Counted from the stretch's first letter, positions 1-10,442 are shown. The stretch: 64,000 bases of DNA from a virus (IMGVR_UViG_3300024259_001450:124076-188075); one strand, 5' to 3'. The notes: generated by a model not told the origin, from the sequence alone. Numbers and translations are program-made.

Positions 1-158
1 ACTTGATAAAAGAGAGGTTTTAGATGTATTGGAAAATCCAGGTGTGCAATATTTAGTACGAAAATACTCTAAAAAATCTAGCGAATAAATATCAATAATC
101 CGAAATAAGAGTTAGGAATATTAACCGTAAATCTAACTCTTAGATACGAAAGGGGTTA

Positions 159-947
159 TTGAAAATGGCCAGATTAAGAAAGTTTCTGGTCAAGGCGACT
201 ACGGCTAAAGAAGAAGAAAAGAAGAAAAAGCAAGTTTTACTTCTTATTAAGTTAGTTAATACAGTAAGACGATCTAGGAAAAAAGAAAGAATTAATATCG
301 CTTTTAACCAGATTGTCGAAATAATGCAGAAAAAAATAAATCAGTTAGTATATAAGTTTCATATACCAGGATGTACAAAACAAGATATAGAGCAGGAGGC
401 TTTATTTGCATTACGATATAAAGCAATTAAAGATTACGATTCTTCCAGAAGTGAAAGACATGAACTGTCACCATTTGATAAATTCGCAATGTTGTGTATG
501 CGAAGGCATCTTGCCACACAGCTAAAGGCAAGTTATCAAAATAAAAGTTATACACTGAATACAGCCGCAAGCCTTGATAGAGATCGCAGTTGTGCCGCAA
601 AGTCTGAAGAGAATTTATTTCTTTCAGATATTATTTCCACTACGGATGGGGATGTAGTGGAAGCACTTAAAAAAAGAGAATACTTTGTATTGTTTATGAA
701 TCAACTGTACAAACGTCTTTCTCCATTTGAACAGGAAGTATTAAAACTATATAGTCTAAAATATTCATATAATGAAATAGCAGACATAATGAATAGCAGA
801 AGCAAGAAAAAAAGACCAGTAAAAAGCCTTGTTAAATCTGTAGATAACGCACTTTCGCGTATCAAAAATAAAGGCAAAGAAGTGCTGGAAAAATATGGTG
901 ATGAAATAGACAGAAAGAAATTTAAACGCAGAAACAAAAGTAAGTAG
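159..947 (+). CDS. Sigma-70-family RNA polymerase sigma factor (phage-encoded)
   Basis: C-terminal region-4-like HTH (…LKLYSLKYSYNEIADIMNSRSKKKRPVKSLVKSVDNALSRIKNK). Upstream region-2-like segment. Lys-rich N-terminus. Confidence 0.55.
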   Translation: MKMARLRKFLVKATTAKEEEKKKKQVLLLIKLVNTVRRSRKKERINIAFNQIVEIMQKKINQLVYKFHIPGCTKQDIEQEALFALRYKAIKDYDSSRSERHELSPFDKFAMLCMRRHLATQLKASYQNKSYTLNTAASLDRDRSCAAKSEENLFLSDIISTTDGDVVEALKKREYFVLFMNQLYKRLSPFEQEVLKLYSLKYSYNEIADIMNSRSKKKRPVKSLVKSVDNALSRIKNKGKEVLEKYGDEIDRKKFKRRNKSK

Positions 948-987
948 ATGGTGCTAGTAATGGTCGTTAACATGGTAGAAAATACTT

Positions 988-1659
988 TTGAAAGGAGTGG
1001 CCATGAAGAGTTGTTATGAGTTAGACCCTGTATTGTTCACTAAAAAAAGCGTACTCGAATCCCTTGAAATGCCTATTGTGGTACGTGTAAAGGAATTCAA
1101 AGAAGATTCTGTAAAAGATTTTGCAGAAAATATGTCTAAAGCACATCAAACCTCACAGCCTATCATTCCAATTGTTATAGATTCGTATGGTGGCGCGGTT
1201 TACGGGCTTAACGCAATGATCTCTATTTTAGAAAATGCATCAAAACCAGTAGCGACAATTGTTGAAGGAAAAGCAATGAGTGCTGGTGCTATATTGTTTG
1301 CAATGGGAACTCCAGGATATAGATTTATGGCACAACATGCTACTCTTATGTTACATGATGTGAGTTCTTGGGCTTTTGGTAAAATCGAAGAAATGAAATC
1401 AGACACTAAAGAAGCTGATAGACTTAATAAGAAAATATTCAGAATGATTTCTAAGGCGTGTGGACATAAAGACCAAAATTATTTTCTTGATATTATACAT
1501 AAAAAAGGACATGCTGAATGGTATCTAACACCTAATGAAGCTAGAAAACACAAATTAGTTGATGTAATTGGGTTGCCAGAATGCATATTGAAAGTTGATG
1601 TTAATTACATATTCAAATGTAATGGTAAGACAATTTTAGAAAGTTTAGAGAGGAACTAA
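988..1659 (+). CDS. clpP: ClpP-family serine peptidase (S14)
   Basis: Aligns with ClpP catalytic core: IDSYGGAVYG…GKAMSAGAILFAMG (Ser), …TLMLHD (His), …LVDVIG (Asp). Confidence 0.8.
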   Translation: MKGVAMKSCYELDPVLFTKKSVLESLEMPIVVRVKEFKEDSVKDFAENMSKAHQTSQPIIPIVIDSYGGAVYGLNAMISILENASKPVATIVEGKAMSAGAILFAMGTPGYRFMAQHATLMLHDVSSWAFGKIEEMKSDTKEADRLNKKIFRMISKACGHKDQNYFLDIIHKKGHAEWYLTPNEARKHKLVDVIGLPECILKVDVNYIFKCNGKTILESLERN

Positions 1660-1661
1660 AA

Positions 1662-2951
1662 ATGAAATTTAACGTAATAGTAGAAGGTTTTATTCATGGA
1701 GTATCAGCAGCAGTAGAAGCGGCAACTCGTGGTGCAGAAAAGAATTTCTCTGGTGCCGACAAGATCAATATCAAATCGTGTGTAGATGAAATAGAAGCGT
1801 CTGCCTTTGGCGGTTTGATGAGTGTCAAAACAACATTCTCTGATCTGGTTGTAGATTCTCTTGGATATAAGTTTGAAGAAGAAGGAATAGCTACAGTTAA
1901 TGCAAAAGACCTGATGACCGTGTTGAACTCTTTTGCTATAGATGAAGAAGTCATTTTCGAATTGAAAGACGGATCGAAAGATGGTAAGGCGACAAAAGAA
2001 TTGTCAATAACAATGGCTTCTGATACTGACCAGTTCCAGACCCTTCCTTGTTATGACAACTCTGTGAATTTACCAGCAAAGTCGGATGCTTTTTCTAAGA
2101 CATTAGAACTCAATAGGGAACTATTGTTATATGGTCTTGAAAAAGTCGCTTTTGCCATTGGCTTTGAGGGTACAAAGCAAACATATTTGTATGCCTCTTT
2201 GAGAACTGCTGAAGATAATATTAAATTCGCAGCAGGCACAGGCACAAGGCATATCGTGCTTGATATCAGCGGCAAGGATGTTGTGAAGTCTACACCGAAG
2301 GAATCGTCAGTTCTTCTTCATAAGTCTCATATCGCAGTGTTTTCTAAGATTTTACATGCACTGAAATCACAAACTGTGACTATCAAAGAATCGAAAGACG
2401 CTACTTCTTCGGCTTTCCAAGTTGTTATCGAATGTAGTCCCCACGAGATTATATTGATAGGTTCTGATCCTACTATTAAGTGGATAGATGAAAACGTAAT
2501 CCTTGATATGGATTATACTACAAAGATGGTGACTAGGATTGATGATTGGGCGTATGCAGCAAAAGGAACTACGGCCACTTTCAATGATCAAGTCAAGAAA
2601 GAAAGACGGGCACACAAGGCTGTTATTGATGTAGATGTCGCCAAAAAAGAAATCGATATCAAGACAAATGAAATGATGCGTTCTAATCGTAAGGTTCCTG
2701 TCGTAGAATTGGATACGAAAGAATCTACTCTACCTTCCTTTAACTGTGTTTCATCTTATCTAAGAGAAATACCTACAGTTGGAGAAGAGGGTAGTTATGT
2801 TCAGATGGAAATGATTGGCCCCAAAAAGCCTGTAGTATTCCACTATCATGCGAATAAGAACGTTGCAGAAAGGGATACTATTGAGAAGAAAGATACGGCC
2901 ACAGGTTTGACTGAAAAAATGGCCATTTTCTTTGCTACGTATTCGGCTTAA
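1662..2951 (+). CDS. dnaN: DnaN-like DNA polymerase sliding clamp (beta subunit)
   Basis: MKFNV… N-terminus. Internal blocks (FAIGFEGTKQTYLYASLRT…GTRHIV; VLLHKSHIAVFSKIL) resemble bacterial DnaN domain II. Size typical of a three-domain clamp. Confidence 0.6.
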   Translation: MKFNVIVEGFIHGVSAAVEAATRGAEKNFSGADKINIKSCVDEIEASAFGGLMSVKTTFSDLVVDSLGYKFEEEGIATVNAKDLMTVLNSFAIDEEVIFELKDGSKDGKATKELSITMASDTDQFQTLPCYDNSVNLPAKSDAFSKTLELNRELLLYGLEKVAFAIGFEGTKQTYLYASLRTAEDNIKFAAGTGTRHIVLDISGKDVVKSTPKESSVLLHKSHIAVFSKILHALKSQTVTIKESKDATSSAFQVVIECSPHEIILIGSDPTIKWIDENVILDMDYTTKMVTRIDDWAYAAKGTTATFNDQVKKERRAHKAVIDVDVAKKEIDIKTNEMMRSNRKVPVVELDTKESTLPSFNCVSSYLREIPTVGEEGSYVQMEMIGPKKPVVFHYHANKNVAERDTIEKKDTATGLTEKMAIFFATYSA

Positions 2952-2954
2952 TTT

Positions 2955-4091
2955 ATGTCTGAAAAAACTAATAGATTGTTTTGGCTGAGTGGTAGTTACT
3001 ACATGCGTCAGAATATCGTTGCTAAGATCAAAGAAAGTGTAAACGACTATGCTTTGAGTATATACGACGAATCTGATTCGGCAGAATATATCTATTCACA
3101 AATTACAGAGCCTTCTTTATTCGATGACAATAAGATCATCATCTTAAAAGCAATTCCTGATTTCGGCAAATCTCATGCTGCGAACAAAAAGAGATTATTG
3201 GCGATGTTTAATGAAATTCCTGAGAATTGTTTTGTCATTATTGATGGGGTGTCTACAAAGAAAACACCAGCATTATGCAAAGCAGTAAAGAAGATAGGAA
3301 AGGTAAAAGAGTTCGATCAGTTTCTTAAGCCTCGTGACGCATCGAATTGGGTTGGCAATCGTTTCAAAGAACAAGACAAAGAAATATCTAGTGAAGATAT
3401 CATGTTTATAGTTGAGTCTATCGGTCAAGAGGACAAGGGAGTAAATGTAGATAAGATGTACGTCTGTGTCAAGAAGATATGTGATTATCTTGGCAAAAGC
3501 AAGAAGGTGACTAAGGAATCTGTTATTAAGGCTTCTGACAAGTACAATAGATTGTTTGTGCAGGGGATTTTCAACGCATTGGATGATAAGGATTTTGTGG
3601 CGTGTTCTTCGATGTTGTATTCAGCCTGTTGTACTGATAAGATCAAGAATGTAGCTGAAACCATTTTCGCTTTATGTTCTTGGAGATTTAGGATGTTGTG
3701 GTTTGTCAAAGAATCGATAGCAAGAAAAAAGACACTAAATGATATAACGACTGAGATTCAAAATGAATTGCCGAAATTGACCAGAAAAGGCAAAGGCCCA
3801 TTTATGAATTTCACACCTGATTTGACTGCGGACGGTAAAACAAAATCGCCTTATTCTAGTTTCGTATTAAATGCATGTGTAAATGGATTTTATGGGAATA
3901 CGCCATCTATCCGAAAATATAAGAGAGAAGATATATTCAAAGCTATAAAAACTCTTGAAGAATGTATGATTAAGATGAGATTCAGCCAAGACGACGCAGA
4001 AATACTGTTGCTTTTAGATAATTTTTTCATGACATTAACAAAGAGTCCTTTTAGCTATAATGAATTGGCTCAATTGAGGAGAATGGATTGA
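2955..4091 (+). CDS. Possible clamp-loader delta (HolA)-like protein
   Basis: Lies immediately downstream of dnaN and is about 380 aa, as HolA is. Similarity is weak and context-based. Confidence 0.3.
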   Translation: MSEKTNRLFWLSGSYYMRQNIVAKIKESVNDYALSIYDESDSAEYIYSQITEPSLFDDNKIIILKAIPDFGKSHAANKKRLLAMFNEIPENCFVIIDGVSTKKTPALCKAVKKIGKVKEFDQFLKPRDASNWVGNRFKEQDKEISSEDIMFIVESIGQEDKGVNVDKMYVCVKKICDYLGKSKKVTKESVIKASDKYNRLFVQGIFNALDDKDFVACSSMLYSACCTDKIKNVAETIFALCSWRFRMLWFVKESIARKKTLNDITTEIQNELPKLTRKGKGPFMNFTPDLTADGKTKSPYSSFVLNACVNGFYGNTPSIRKYKREDIFKAIKTLEECMIKMRFSQDDAEILLLLDNFFMTLTKSPFSYNELAQLRRMD

Positions 4092-4354
4092 TGGGAGAGA
4101 AAGATTATCAATTCGATAAAATAAACAGAGAAATCTTGATTTGTATACAAGATTTATTAAGCGTAAGTAATTCCATCGAAGAATTTATCGCAGAAGGCAC
4201 ACAACCGCAATTGGATGCTATTGCCGAACACGCTGAGTCTGTTGACACTGATTGGGAAAACACTAAAAAGCATTTAGTTAAATTAATTGATATTATTACT
4301 GGGAAAGAAGAAACAGTATGGCCTGAAACTATGGGAGAGGACTTCATGATTTGA
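4088..4354 (+). CDS. Hypothetical protein
   Basis: 88-aa ORF, translationally coupled to its neighbours. Confidence 0.3.
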   Translation: MMGEKDYQFDKINREILICIQDLLSVSNSIEEFIAEGTQPQLDAIAEHAESVDTDWENTKKHLVKLIDIITGKEETVWPETMGEDFMI

Positions 4355-4572
4355 TGTCTAAGCAACGAAAGAAATTAAAGGTAGTTTTGGACCCCAAAAC
4401 AGGCATAGTTGAAATAGAACAAATCGGGTGGGACGGGGGCGACTGTTCAGGGGCTATTGATGATCTCATTAAAGCCTATGGAAAAGAAATAAAAGTTAAA
4501 AAGAAATCAGGTTGGCATAAAAAGTCAGTTAAAAAGAAAATAAAGAAAACAATTGATAGGGAAACAAGATGA
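4351..4572 (+). CDS. Hypothetical protein
   Basis: 73-aa ORF, overlaps flanking genes by 4 nt. Confidence 0.3.
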   Translation: MMSKQRKKLKVVLDPKTGIVEIEQIGWDGGDCSGAIDDLIKAYGKEIKVKKKSGWHKKSVKKKIKKTIDRETR

Positions 4573-5714
4573 AAGACTATTATTCAATTTTAGGTGTTGA
4601 GAAAGATGCTGAAGGAGACGAAATTAAGTCGGCCTATAGAAAATTGGCTAAACAATATCATCCTGATGTATCAAAAGAAGATGGCTCAGAAGAAAAATTC
4701 AAAGAAATTACAGAGGCATACGAAGTCTTATCTGATTCTGATAAAAGACGCAATTATGACCTTGGTGATGCCAACGGAGTAAATCTTAATGATATATTCA
4801 TGAATTTCCATCGAGGAGCATATGGTGGAGGTACAATGGATTTTCCACAGCAGGGTAATCATATCAAATTCCCTATGCCTCTTACTTATAAAGAGATAAT
4901 CACTAAGGATTTAATCAAAGATATTACAGTCACTCGTCAAGAGGAATGTGCCGTCTGTAAAGAGCATCCTGGGCTTAAGGAAGGGGCTTCTAAGCACGAA
5001 TGTAATGATTGCAGGGGTCAAGGTCGAATAAGGGAAGTATCTACGCATAAGGACGGTATGCAGATGATACGAGAGACTATTTGTTATAAATGTAATGGGA
5101 CTGGTAAATATATCGATAAAGATGATGTGTGTCCTGAATGTAAAGGAACCGCAAGTGTCGAAAAGGAACGCACGTTCTCTGTAAAGATACCAAGAGGTAT
5201 CCATCAAAATCAAGTTATCGCTATGCAAGGCGAGGGAAATTGCGGAAAAAATGGTGGACCGAATGGGGATATCTATGTTATAGCTGTAGAGCAACCTCAT
5301 GAAATATTTGAAAGATATGGAGACGATGTTTTCCTTAAATTGCCAATCACAATATCTCAAGCGGTATTAGGCAGCGAAGTAGAATTGCCAACTGTCTATG
5401 ATAATATTATCAAGGTAGAAATACCAGCCGGATCAGTTGCTGGCACTATGGTTAAAAAATCTGATTATGGTATGCCAATACGAGGACATGCAACAGCAAA
5501 AGGCAATATGGTAGTGGGTTTAAATATCATTGTCCCAGAAAATTTGACGGATAAAGAAAAAGCTTTATTTGAAAAAATTAGAAATATAGAGGACAAAAAG
5601 GCCGATAAAAGAATAGAAAAGATTGAAGAATACATTGAGAGGGTTAGAAATGTTCAAGAAAAGAATAGTAACGGGACAAGTGAAAGAGACGAGGCCGAAG
5701 TCGGAGTTTCCTAA
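4569..5714 (+). CDS. dnaJ: DnaJ co-chaperone (J domain plus CXXCXGXG zinc finger)
   Basis: N-terminal J domain with HPD (DYYSILGV…KQYHPDV). Gly-rich linker. Four CxxCxGxG repeats (CAVCKEHPG, CNDCRGQG, CYKCNGTG, CPECKGTA). C-terminal domains. Confidence 0.85.
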   Translation: MKDYYSILGVEKDAEGDEIKSAYRKLAKQYHPDVSKEDGSEEKFKEITEAYEVLSDSDKRRNYDLGDANGVNLNDIFMNFHRGAYGGGTMDFPQQGNHIKFPMPLTYKEIITKDLIKDITVTRQEECAVCKEHPGLKEGASKHECNDCRGQGRIREVSTHKDGMQMIRETICYKCNGTGKYIDKDDVCPECKGTASVEKERTFSVKIPRGIHQNQVIAMQGEGNCGKNGGPNGDIYVIAVEQPHEIFERYGDDVFLKLPITISQAVLGSEVELPTVYDNIIKVEIPAGSVAGTMVKKSDYGMPIRGHATAKGNMVVGLNIIVPENLTDKEKALFEKIRNIEDKKADKRIEKIEEYIERVRNVQEKNSNGTSERDEAEVGVS

Positions 5715-5883
5715 AGGCACTCAGTATAACTGTGATGGTCATATCTGGAAAGTTGTAGAAGAAGTAGTAGACAGTTCTTGTGAATGGCGTAGAGTAATTT
5801 CAACCGATTGCGGCGATGAAGAATTACTTGAAATTGAAACATTAAAGAAAGATTTAGAATCAGGTAGTATCGAATTTATATAA
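5650..5883 (+). CDS. Hypothetical protein
   Basis: ORF with an RBS-like GAGGG upstream of ATG at 5650. Overlaps the dnaJ 3' end. Confidence 0.3.
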   Translation: MFKKRIVTGQVKETRPKSEFPKGTQYNCDGHIWKVVEEVVDSSCEWRRVISTDCGDEELLEIETLKKDLESGSIEFI

Positions 5884-6080
5884 TGGATGGTAAAATCAAA
5901 TTAATCATTGATTCAGATGGCATTTCATTTCGTAGACACGCTCCACATCTTAACAAACACATTAAAGAGATTATTTTAGGAGCGACCAGCGATACTGTCG
6001 CCCTACAGGAGTTAGACACATTCTTGAACGGTTCTGAGAAAATCACACCGATTGTTGGTGAAGATTATTGGTGTGGTTAA
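5883..6080 (+). CDS. Hypothetical protein
   Basis: 65-aa ORF coupled via TAATG. Confidence 0.25.
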   Translation: MDGKIKLIIDSDGISFRRHAPHLNKHIKEIILGATSDTVALQELDTFLNGSEKITPIVGEDYWCG

Positions 6081-7000
6081 TTTTCAAAAGATTCTTTATC
6101 TATAAATCTTACACATTTTTTGATAATTTTCTTGATTAACGCTGTGTCAGTAATGACTACTTTTGTCCCTTTTTTATCTGGTTTGAATTTGGTACGGAAG
6201 TCAGTTCCTTTATAACCAGATAAAACAGTAAACCCAGGATCACCAGCTATTTCTATCCATTCTCCGTCCCAAGAAAGCGGCACAAATGATTTACCCACAG
6301 TATATCCATCAATTATATCTTTTGGGATGATCGTCAATGTGACATTTACCTTTTTTACCGTATCCAATGATGGAGTTTTTTCTTTTATGGTGTTATCAAG
6401 TTTAGTTGCCTTGTTGTACAGACCGGGCATCATGTATTTCAGATGGAATAAGAATAACGGAACTATGTCTCTCTGATATCCTCTAATTTCTTCGAATGTA
6501 AGTTGGGTACGTGGGACGAATTTTGTTAGTGTCACAATGGCTTCTGGTGTAAAATGTTCTTTTTTCAAAAACGGAGTACCGCTTACCATAAAACCTGAGT
6601 GGCTAAGAAATGGTACTTCTTTACATACAGTTGCATAGGAATATGGGAAAAAGATGTAATCTCCGATTTCTGAAACATGTTTTTTGCCATATGCATTTGG
6701 CATTTTCGGACCGGCATTTACTTCGTCTCGTGCATCTGATAAAAAATTATAATATGATTTTGCTCTTCGACTTGGCCCTCTTAAATCTGAAGAACTAATA
6801 TATGGGCATTTCGCTCCAAATACTAGGATCAAAGGACGGATGCATTCGCCCCTGGCCAAATATGGACATTTTTTCGTTGAGTCTAATGAACAAAATGATT
6901 TCTTGAGAGTCGGATGCCATTTATTATCTTTGTTAGCCTCTGCTAGATAGACTCCTATTAACTTCTTTTCTGCCATCAATTTCTCCTTATGAATTAACAC
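6077..7000 (-). CDS. Hypothetical protein (307 aa)
   Basis: Long uninterrupted ORF with no recognisable motif. Confidence 0.4.
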   Translation of the reverse strand: MLIHKEKLMAEKKLIGVYLAEANKDNKWHPTLKKSFCSLDSTKKCPYLARGECIRPLILVFGAKCPYISSSDLRGPSRRAKSYYNFLSDARDEVNAGPKMPNAYGKKHVSEIGDYIFFPYSYATVCKEVPFLSHSGFMVSGTPFLKKEHFTPEAIVTLTKFVPRTQLTFEEIRGYQRDIVPLFLFHLKYMMPGLYNKATKLDNTIKEKTPSLDTVKKVNVTLTIIPKDIIDGYTVGKSFVPLSWDGEWIEIAGDPGFTVLSGYKGTDFRTKFKPDKKGTKVVITDTALIKKIIKKCVRFIDKESFEN

Positions 7001-7475
7001 CTAGTTCTTGGAACAGATTAATTGCTTCTTGTTTGTCATCAAGTAATGCTTGCATATATGCGGTGAAACCGCTGTTATCTTTTACGGTTGTATCTATTCC
7101 TTTTTTAACCAATTCTTTTATTTTCTCCAAATCGCACACATAAACTGCTCTATGCAACTCTGTCCTACCAAATTCATGACGTTCTTCTGTTGTGCCTGTT
7201 TGTTCAAAAACATACTCACCAGTAGATGCTTCAACTCCGCGATAGTATTCCATCCAATTACTGACACGATCTTCTCGTGACAATGGTTTTTGTTTTGTAT
7301 AATCCGGGGGTTCAGGTTCTTTGAATAGAATATCTTTTTCATACATATTTTTGATTACAGAAAGGATGCGTTCTTTCTTTTCTGGTGAATATTCTTTTTC
7401 GTCCAAATTATTACTGATTAATTCCAAAAAGTCTTTTAGTTCTACCAAGATTGTTTCCTTATTTAGTTTCAACAA
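6987..7475 (-). CDS. Ankyrin-repeat-containing protein
   Basis: C-terminal ankyrin-like repeat (TELHRAVYVCDLEKIKELVKKGIDTTVKDNSGFTAYMQALL). Confidence 0.4.
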   Translation of the reverse strand: MLKLNKETILVELKDFLELISNNLDEKEYSPEKKERILSVIKNMYEKDILFKEPEPPDYTKQKPLSREDRVSNWMEYYRGVEASTGEYVFEQTGTTEERHEFGRTELHRAVYVCDLEKIKELVKKGIDTTVKDNSGFTAYMQALLDDKQEAINLFQELGVNS

Positions 7476-7639
7476 AGAATTTCTTAAACTCTTTTACTTC
7501 GTCTTTAGTTAAACGAATCGATAAATGATCATATTTATTTCTACCGAATTGTTTCACGTACATCGTTGTAACCATTTCTCCTGATTGAGATATATCAAAC
7601 GAAATGTTTCGTTCATCATTTCCAATATTTTTATGCATG

Positions 7640-7852
7640 TTATTTTTCCTCAGATTGTATTATCTCGCCTTCTACTGTCTCTGCGACGGGAAGGGGAATG
7701 TCGGCCTCGACGAAGCGAGGAGTGTTATATCCCCATCCTTCAACGACGGTGAATGCCGCGTCGTCGTCATCAGATGAGCTACTTCCATACGCAGCCCATT
7801 CTCCGTTCCTGTTTATTCCTACCGCTATTCGTACTCGTATTGTATCTTCCAT
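7640..7852 (-). CDS. Hypothetical acidic protein
   Basis: 70-aa ORF downstream of rsr on the same strand. Confidence 0.25.
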   Translation of the reverse strand: MEDTIRVRIAVGINRNGEWAAYGSSSSDDDDAAFTVVEGWGYNTPRFVEADIPLPVAETVEGEIIQSEEK

Positions 7853-7862
7853 ATTATTTCCT

Positions 7863-8075
7863 TTATTTCAATTTGGGTAAAGAAGTCAAACCATAGCCTT
7901 TCATAACTTCACCATCAATAATGACCATATTCTCTAATTCATATCCTTTATATTTTTTTTTGATTTCTTCTGCTGTTAAATGAAGGATGTGTGGTGATGG
8001 AATGTCCCAATGTTCATCATACTCGAATCCGCCTTCAATTACGATGTATGTTTTATCGCTTTTCTTTTTCTTCAT
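7863..8075 (-). CDS. Hypothetical protein
   Basis: 70-aa ORF downstream of rsr on the same strand. Confidence 0.3.
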   Translation of the reverse strand: MKKKKSDKTYIVIEGGFEYDEHWDIPSPHILHLTAEEIKKKYKGYELENMVIIDGEVMKGYGLTSLPKLK

Positions 8076-8193
8076 GCCTTTGTCCTCTGTACATTATAGA
8101 GCGTAGATAAAAAAAGAAAAGGCAACATAGTCACCTTTTCTTTTGCATGAATATAACGACTGACAACACTTGTCGTATTTATCTATCGGAATA

Positions 8194-9843
8194 TTAGAGG
8201 TTTCCTTGAACAAAGTCGCTAATGATTCGTGGGCAGTTGGCATCGAACCCGGCAATGTCGACCATTCCGCCATCATTCGGGTCTGCAACCGTGAACTCAG
8301 TAGCAGTCATTCCGATCACGATCAACTTAGAACCAATACCCATAGCCTGACGATAGTTCCGCAACGCCTTAGCAGGCTTAACATCACCACGCCAAGTTTC
8401 GTTATCAGTGATAACAACGAAAGCGTCTACAGGAACCTTATTCTTCTGTGCCCAAATCATAGGCAACGCACAGTCGGTTCCACCGAAACTCAAGTTTCTA
8501 GTCTTGTTAAGAGCGCTGTTCAAACTGTCTCTTGCAGTAATCTTCAAATCTACTAGTTCATGACAGAAACCACGAATCTCATAGTTCTTTTCAGAACGAG
8601 CAATCGTCATAGCCATTGCTGCCGCACCTTCGCTTGGTAGCAAGTTAGGAATTCCACAGATGTCACTCCAAGTCATAGAACCACTTACATCAATACCAAG
8701 CATGTAGTTAGCACCAGTAGATTCAACATAGTTGAAACTCTTGTAGAAAGCATCTTCCAAAGCGTCCTTAACTTGAGAGATAGGATTCCAAGACAAATTA
8801 CCACGGAAACCATGTCCCTTTTCGTAGGTACGCAAAGCCGCAAGCAGTGCGATAGGATGCACACGAGCAGTCTTTAGATTTTCCTCGTCTGTAAGTCTGT
8901 CAACCACTAAACGAGTCTTGTCACCCATAGAAACCAGAGTACCAGCAGCGGTCAAAGGACCAAGACTACGAATCGTAGCAGTCATAGGCATATGATTTAC
9001 TAGTTCATCCAATACTGCCTTTTCCTTCATGAACTGCGTAGGAATACTTTCACGAGAAAGCTTATATTCCTTGATGATGCTAATAGCGATCTTAGCATTT
9101 TCTGCACCCTTAATCAATTCGTGACCATAGATGTAACGCAAGTCCTCATAATCGTTTAGGTTGTCGAAACTCTTATCAAACCCTTCAACTCCCTTTGCGG
9201 CATAACAGAAAGCCAAGTCGTGCGCCTTCGTTGCAGGAGTTACATGAGCCTTACGCAGAATATCACGGTGACTCCAAGGCAATTCGCCTTCTACGGAACG
9301 AGACTGGTACTTGCAAATCTGATAAGCAACAGAACTCGCGCTCTTGTCGTTATACCAATTTGCGAAAGCCTTACGCAGACCACGGCCCCAACCAGTACCT
9401 ACCTTCATTTCCTTAACGAAGGAAGCGAAAGTGAACAAATGAGTACCGATACGACATACAGCATTCAGATGTGCCAAAGCATACTTACGAACAGCTTCAT
9501 TTTCATGAACTGCTGCAAGAGCCAATACAAAAATAGCAGTGTCGTTCTTGGCGATACGACCTTCGTGACTCATCTTAACAACTTCGTCAATAACTGCCAC
9601 ATGATCCTTACCTAAGAAGCTGATAAGGAAATCGGCGTTATTACGAGAAAGCTTACGCTCCGTAACGTAGTAACTTCCGTTTGTAGTTCCAAGTGTCAGG
9701 AACCTACGAAGACGATTGATATCACTTACTTGGTAGACGAATCCACCAGCGTTATTCTTTACCTGATTCGGTTCGTCCTGAACCATTTGATGTGCGTTCC
9801 CTCTAACTGACTTTCCAGAAATTTGAGCGATGTTCTTAGCCAT
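8194..9843 (-). CDS. rsr: Ro60/Rsr-family protein (TROVE plus vWA domain)
   Basis: N-terminal TROVE signature strongly resembles Ro60 (GGFVYQVSDINRLRRFLTLGTTNGSYY versus human [27 protein letters not shown]). C-terminal vWA/MIDAS motif (GIDVSGSMTW). Confidence 0.85.
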   Translation of the reverse strand: MAKNIAQISGKSVRGNAHQMVQDEPNQVKNNAGGFVYQVSDINRLRRFLTLGTTNGSYYVTERKLSRNNADFLISFLGKDHVAVIDEVVKMSHEGRIAKNDTAIFVLALAAVHENEAVRKYALAHLNAVCRIGTHLFTFASFVKEMKVGTGWGRGLRKAFANWYNDKSASSVAYQICKYQSRSVEGELPWSHRDILRKAHVTPATKAHDLAFCYAAKGVEGFDKSFDNLNDYEDLRYIYGHELIKGAENAKIAISIIKEYKLSRESIPTQFMKEKAVLDELVNHMPMTATIRSLGPLTAAGTLVSMGDKTRLVVDRLTDEENLKTARVHPIALLAALRTYEKGHGFRGNLSWNPISQVKDALEDAFYKSFNYVESTGANYMLGIDVSGSMTWSDICGIPNLLPSEGAAAMAMTIARSEKNYEIRGFCHELVDLKITARDSLNSALNKTRNLSFGGTDCALPMIWAQKNKVPVDAFVVITDNETWRGDVKPAKALRNYRQAMGIGSKLIVIGMTATEFTVADPNDGGMVDIAGFDANCPRIISDFVQGNL

Positions 9844-10170
9844 GATTTTCTCCCTTTCTTTTTCTCAGACCCATTCGGGTCAATTCTCACAATTGTATTA
9901 TAGCAAGAGATAGTGGAAATTTTCGTGATGTGGCAAAAAAAAATACGACCAGAAGTTCAGGGCCGTTAATACACTTTTTATCCAATAAATCAGATCAGGT
10001 TGTCACCTGTTCCCAACTTTCATTTTAATTTGCCTACAGTTGTGGTCAGCAATTTTATAATTAATAATATAGCCTTTAGGGGTTTCTGGTCGCATATATT
10101 GTAACAGGCAAGGATTGCTATAGGCGTTTTACGTGTGCTACCGTTGCACCACAGCCATAAAAGGGTAAAA

Positions 10171-10243
10171 CTTGAAATATGGCCGCTAGGAGTCGAACCC
10201 AGTTCTCGGATTTATGATATCGTTAACCTATTGGCTTCAGCCC
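10171..10243 (+). ncRNA. Candidate Y-RNA-like structured ncRNA, unit 1
   Basis: Shared 3' motif GTTAACCTATTGGCTTCAGCCC. A 5' segment (TATGGCCGCTAGG) is complementary to the 3' arm. Sits in the intergenic region next to rsr. Strand uncertain. Confidence 0.4.
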
Positions 10244-10290
10244 GTATACATGCTCGTTATGAAGTTTTCAAATAATATAATAAAAATAGG

Positions 10291-10364
10291 CAAGTTGTTG
10301 TAAATAGGATTGGTGGTGCGGCCCGCGAAGGCCGCGATCAGAGTTAACCTATAAACTTCAGCCC
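10291..10364 (+). ncRNA. Candidate Y-RNA-like structured ncRNA, unit 2
   Basis: 5' arm AAGTTGTTGTAAATAGG is complementary to 3' arm CCTATAAACTTCAG. Internal GC hairpin GCGGCC-CGCGAA-GGCCGC. TATAAT-like box about 12 nt upstream. Confidence 0.4.
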
Positions 10365-10383
10365 ATATTTAATTCTAATTTGG

Positions 10384-10442
10384 TCGAGTAGTTGTCGATA
10401 GCAATCGTTATCAGGTTAGGTTAAGCTATCAACTTCAGACCA
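10384..10442 (+). ncRNA. Candidate Y-RNA-like structured ncRNA, unit 3
   Basis: 5' arm AGTTGTCGATAGC pairs with 3' arm GCTATCAACTTC. Shares GTTAAGCTATCAACTTCAGACC with the other units. Confidence 0.4.

Noticed and set aside
10172-10205. Minus-strand tRNA suggested by T-arm-like CTGGG-TTCGACT-CCTAG in unit 1
   Set aside because: No pairing acceptor stem, D-arm or anticodon arm could be built around it. It is kept only as a tRNA-like T-arm mimic within the Y-RNA-like unit.
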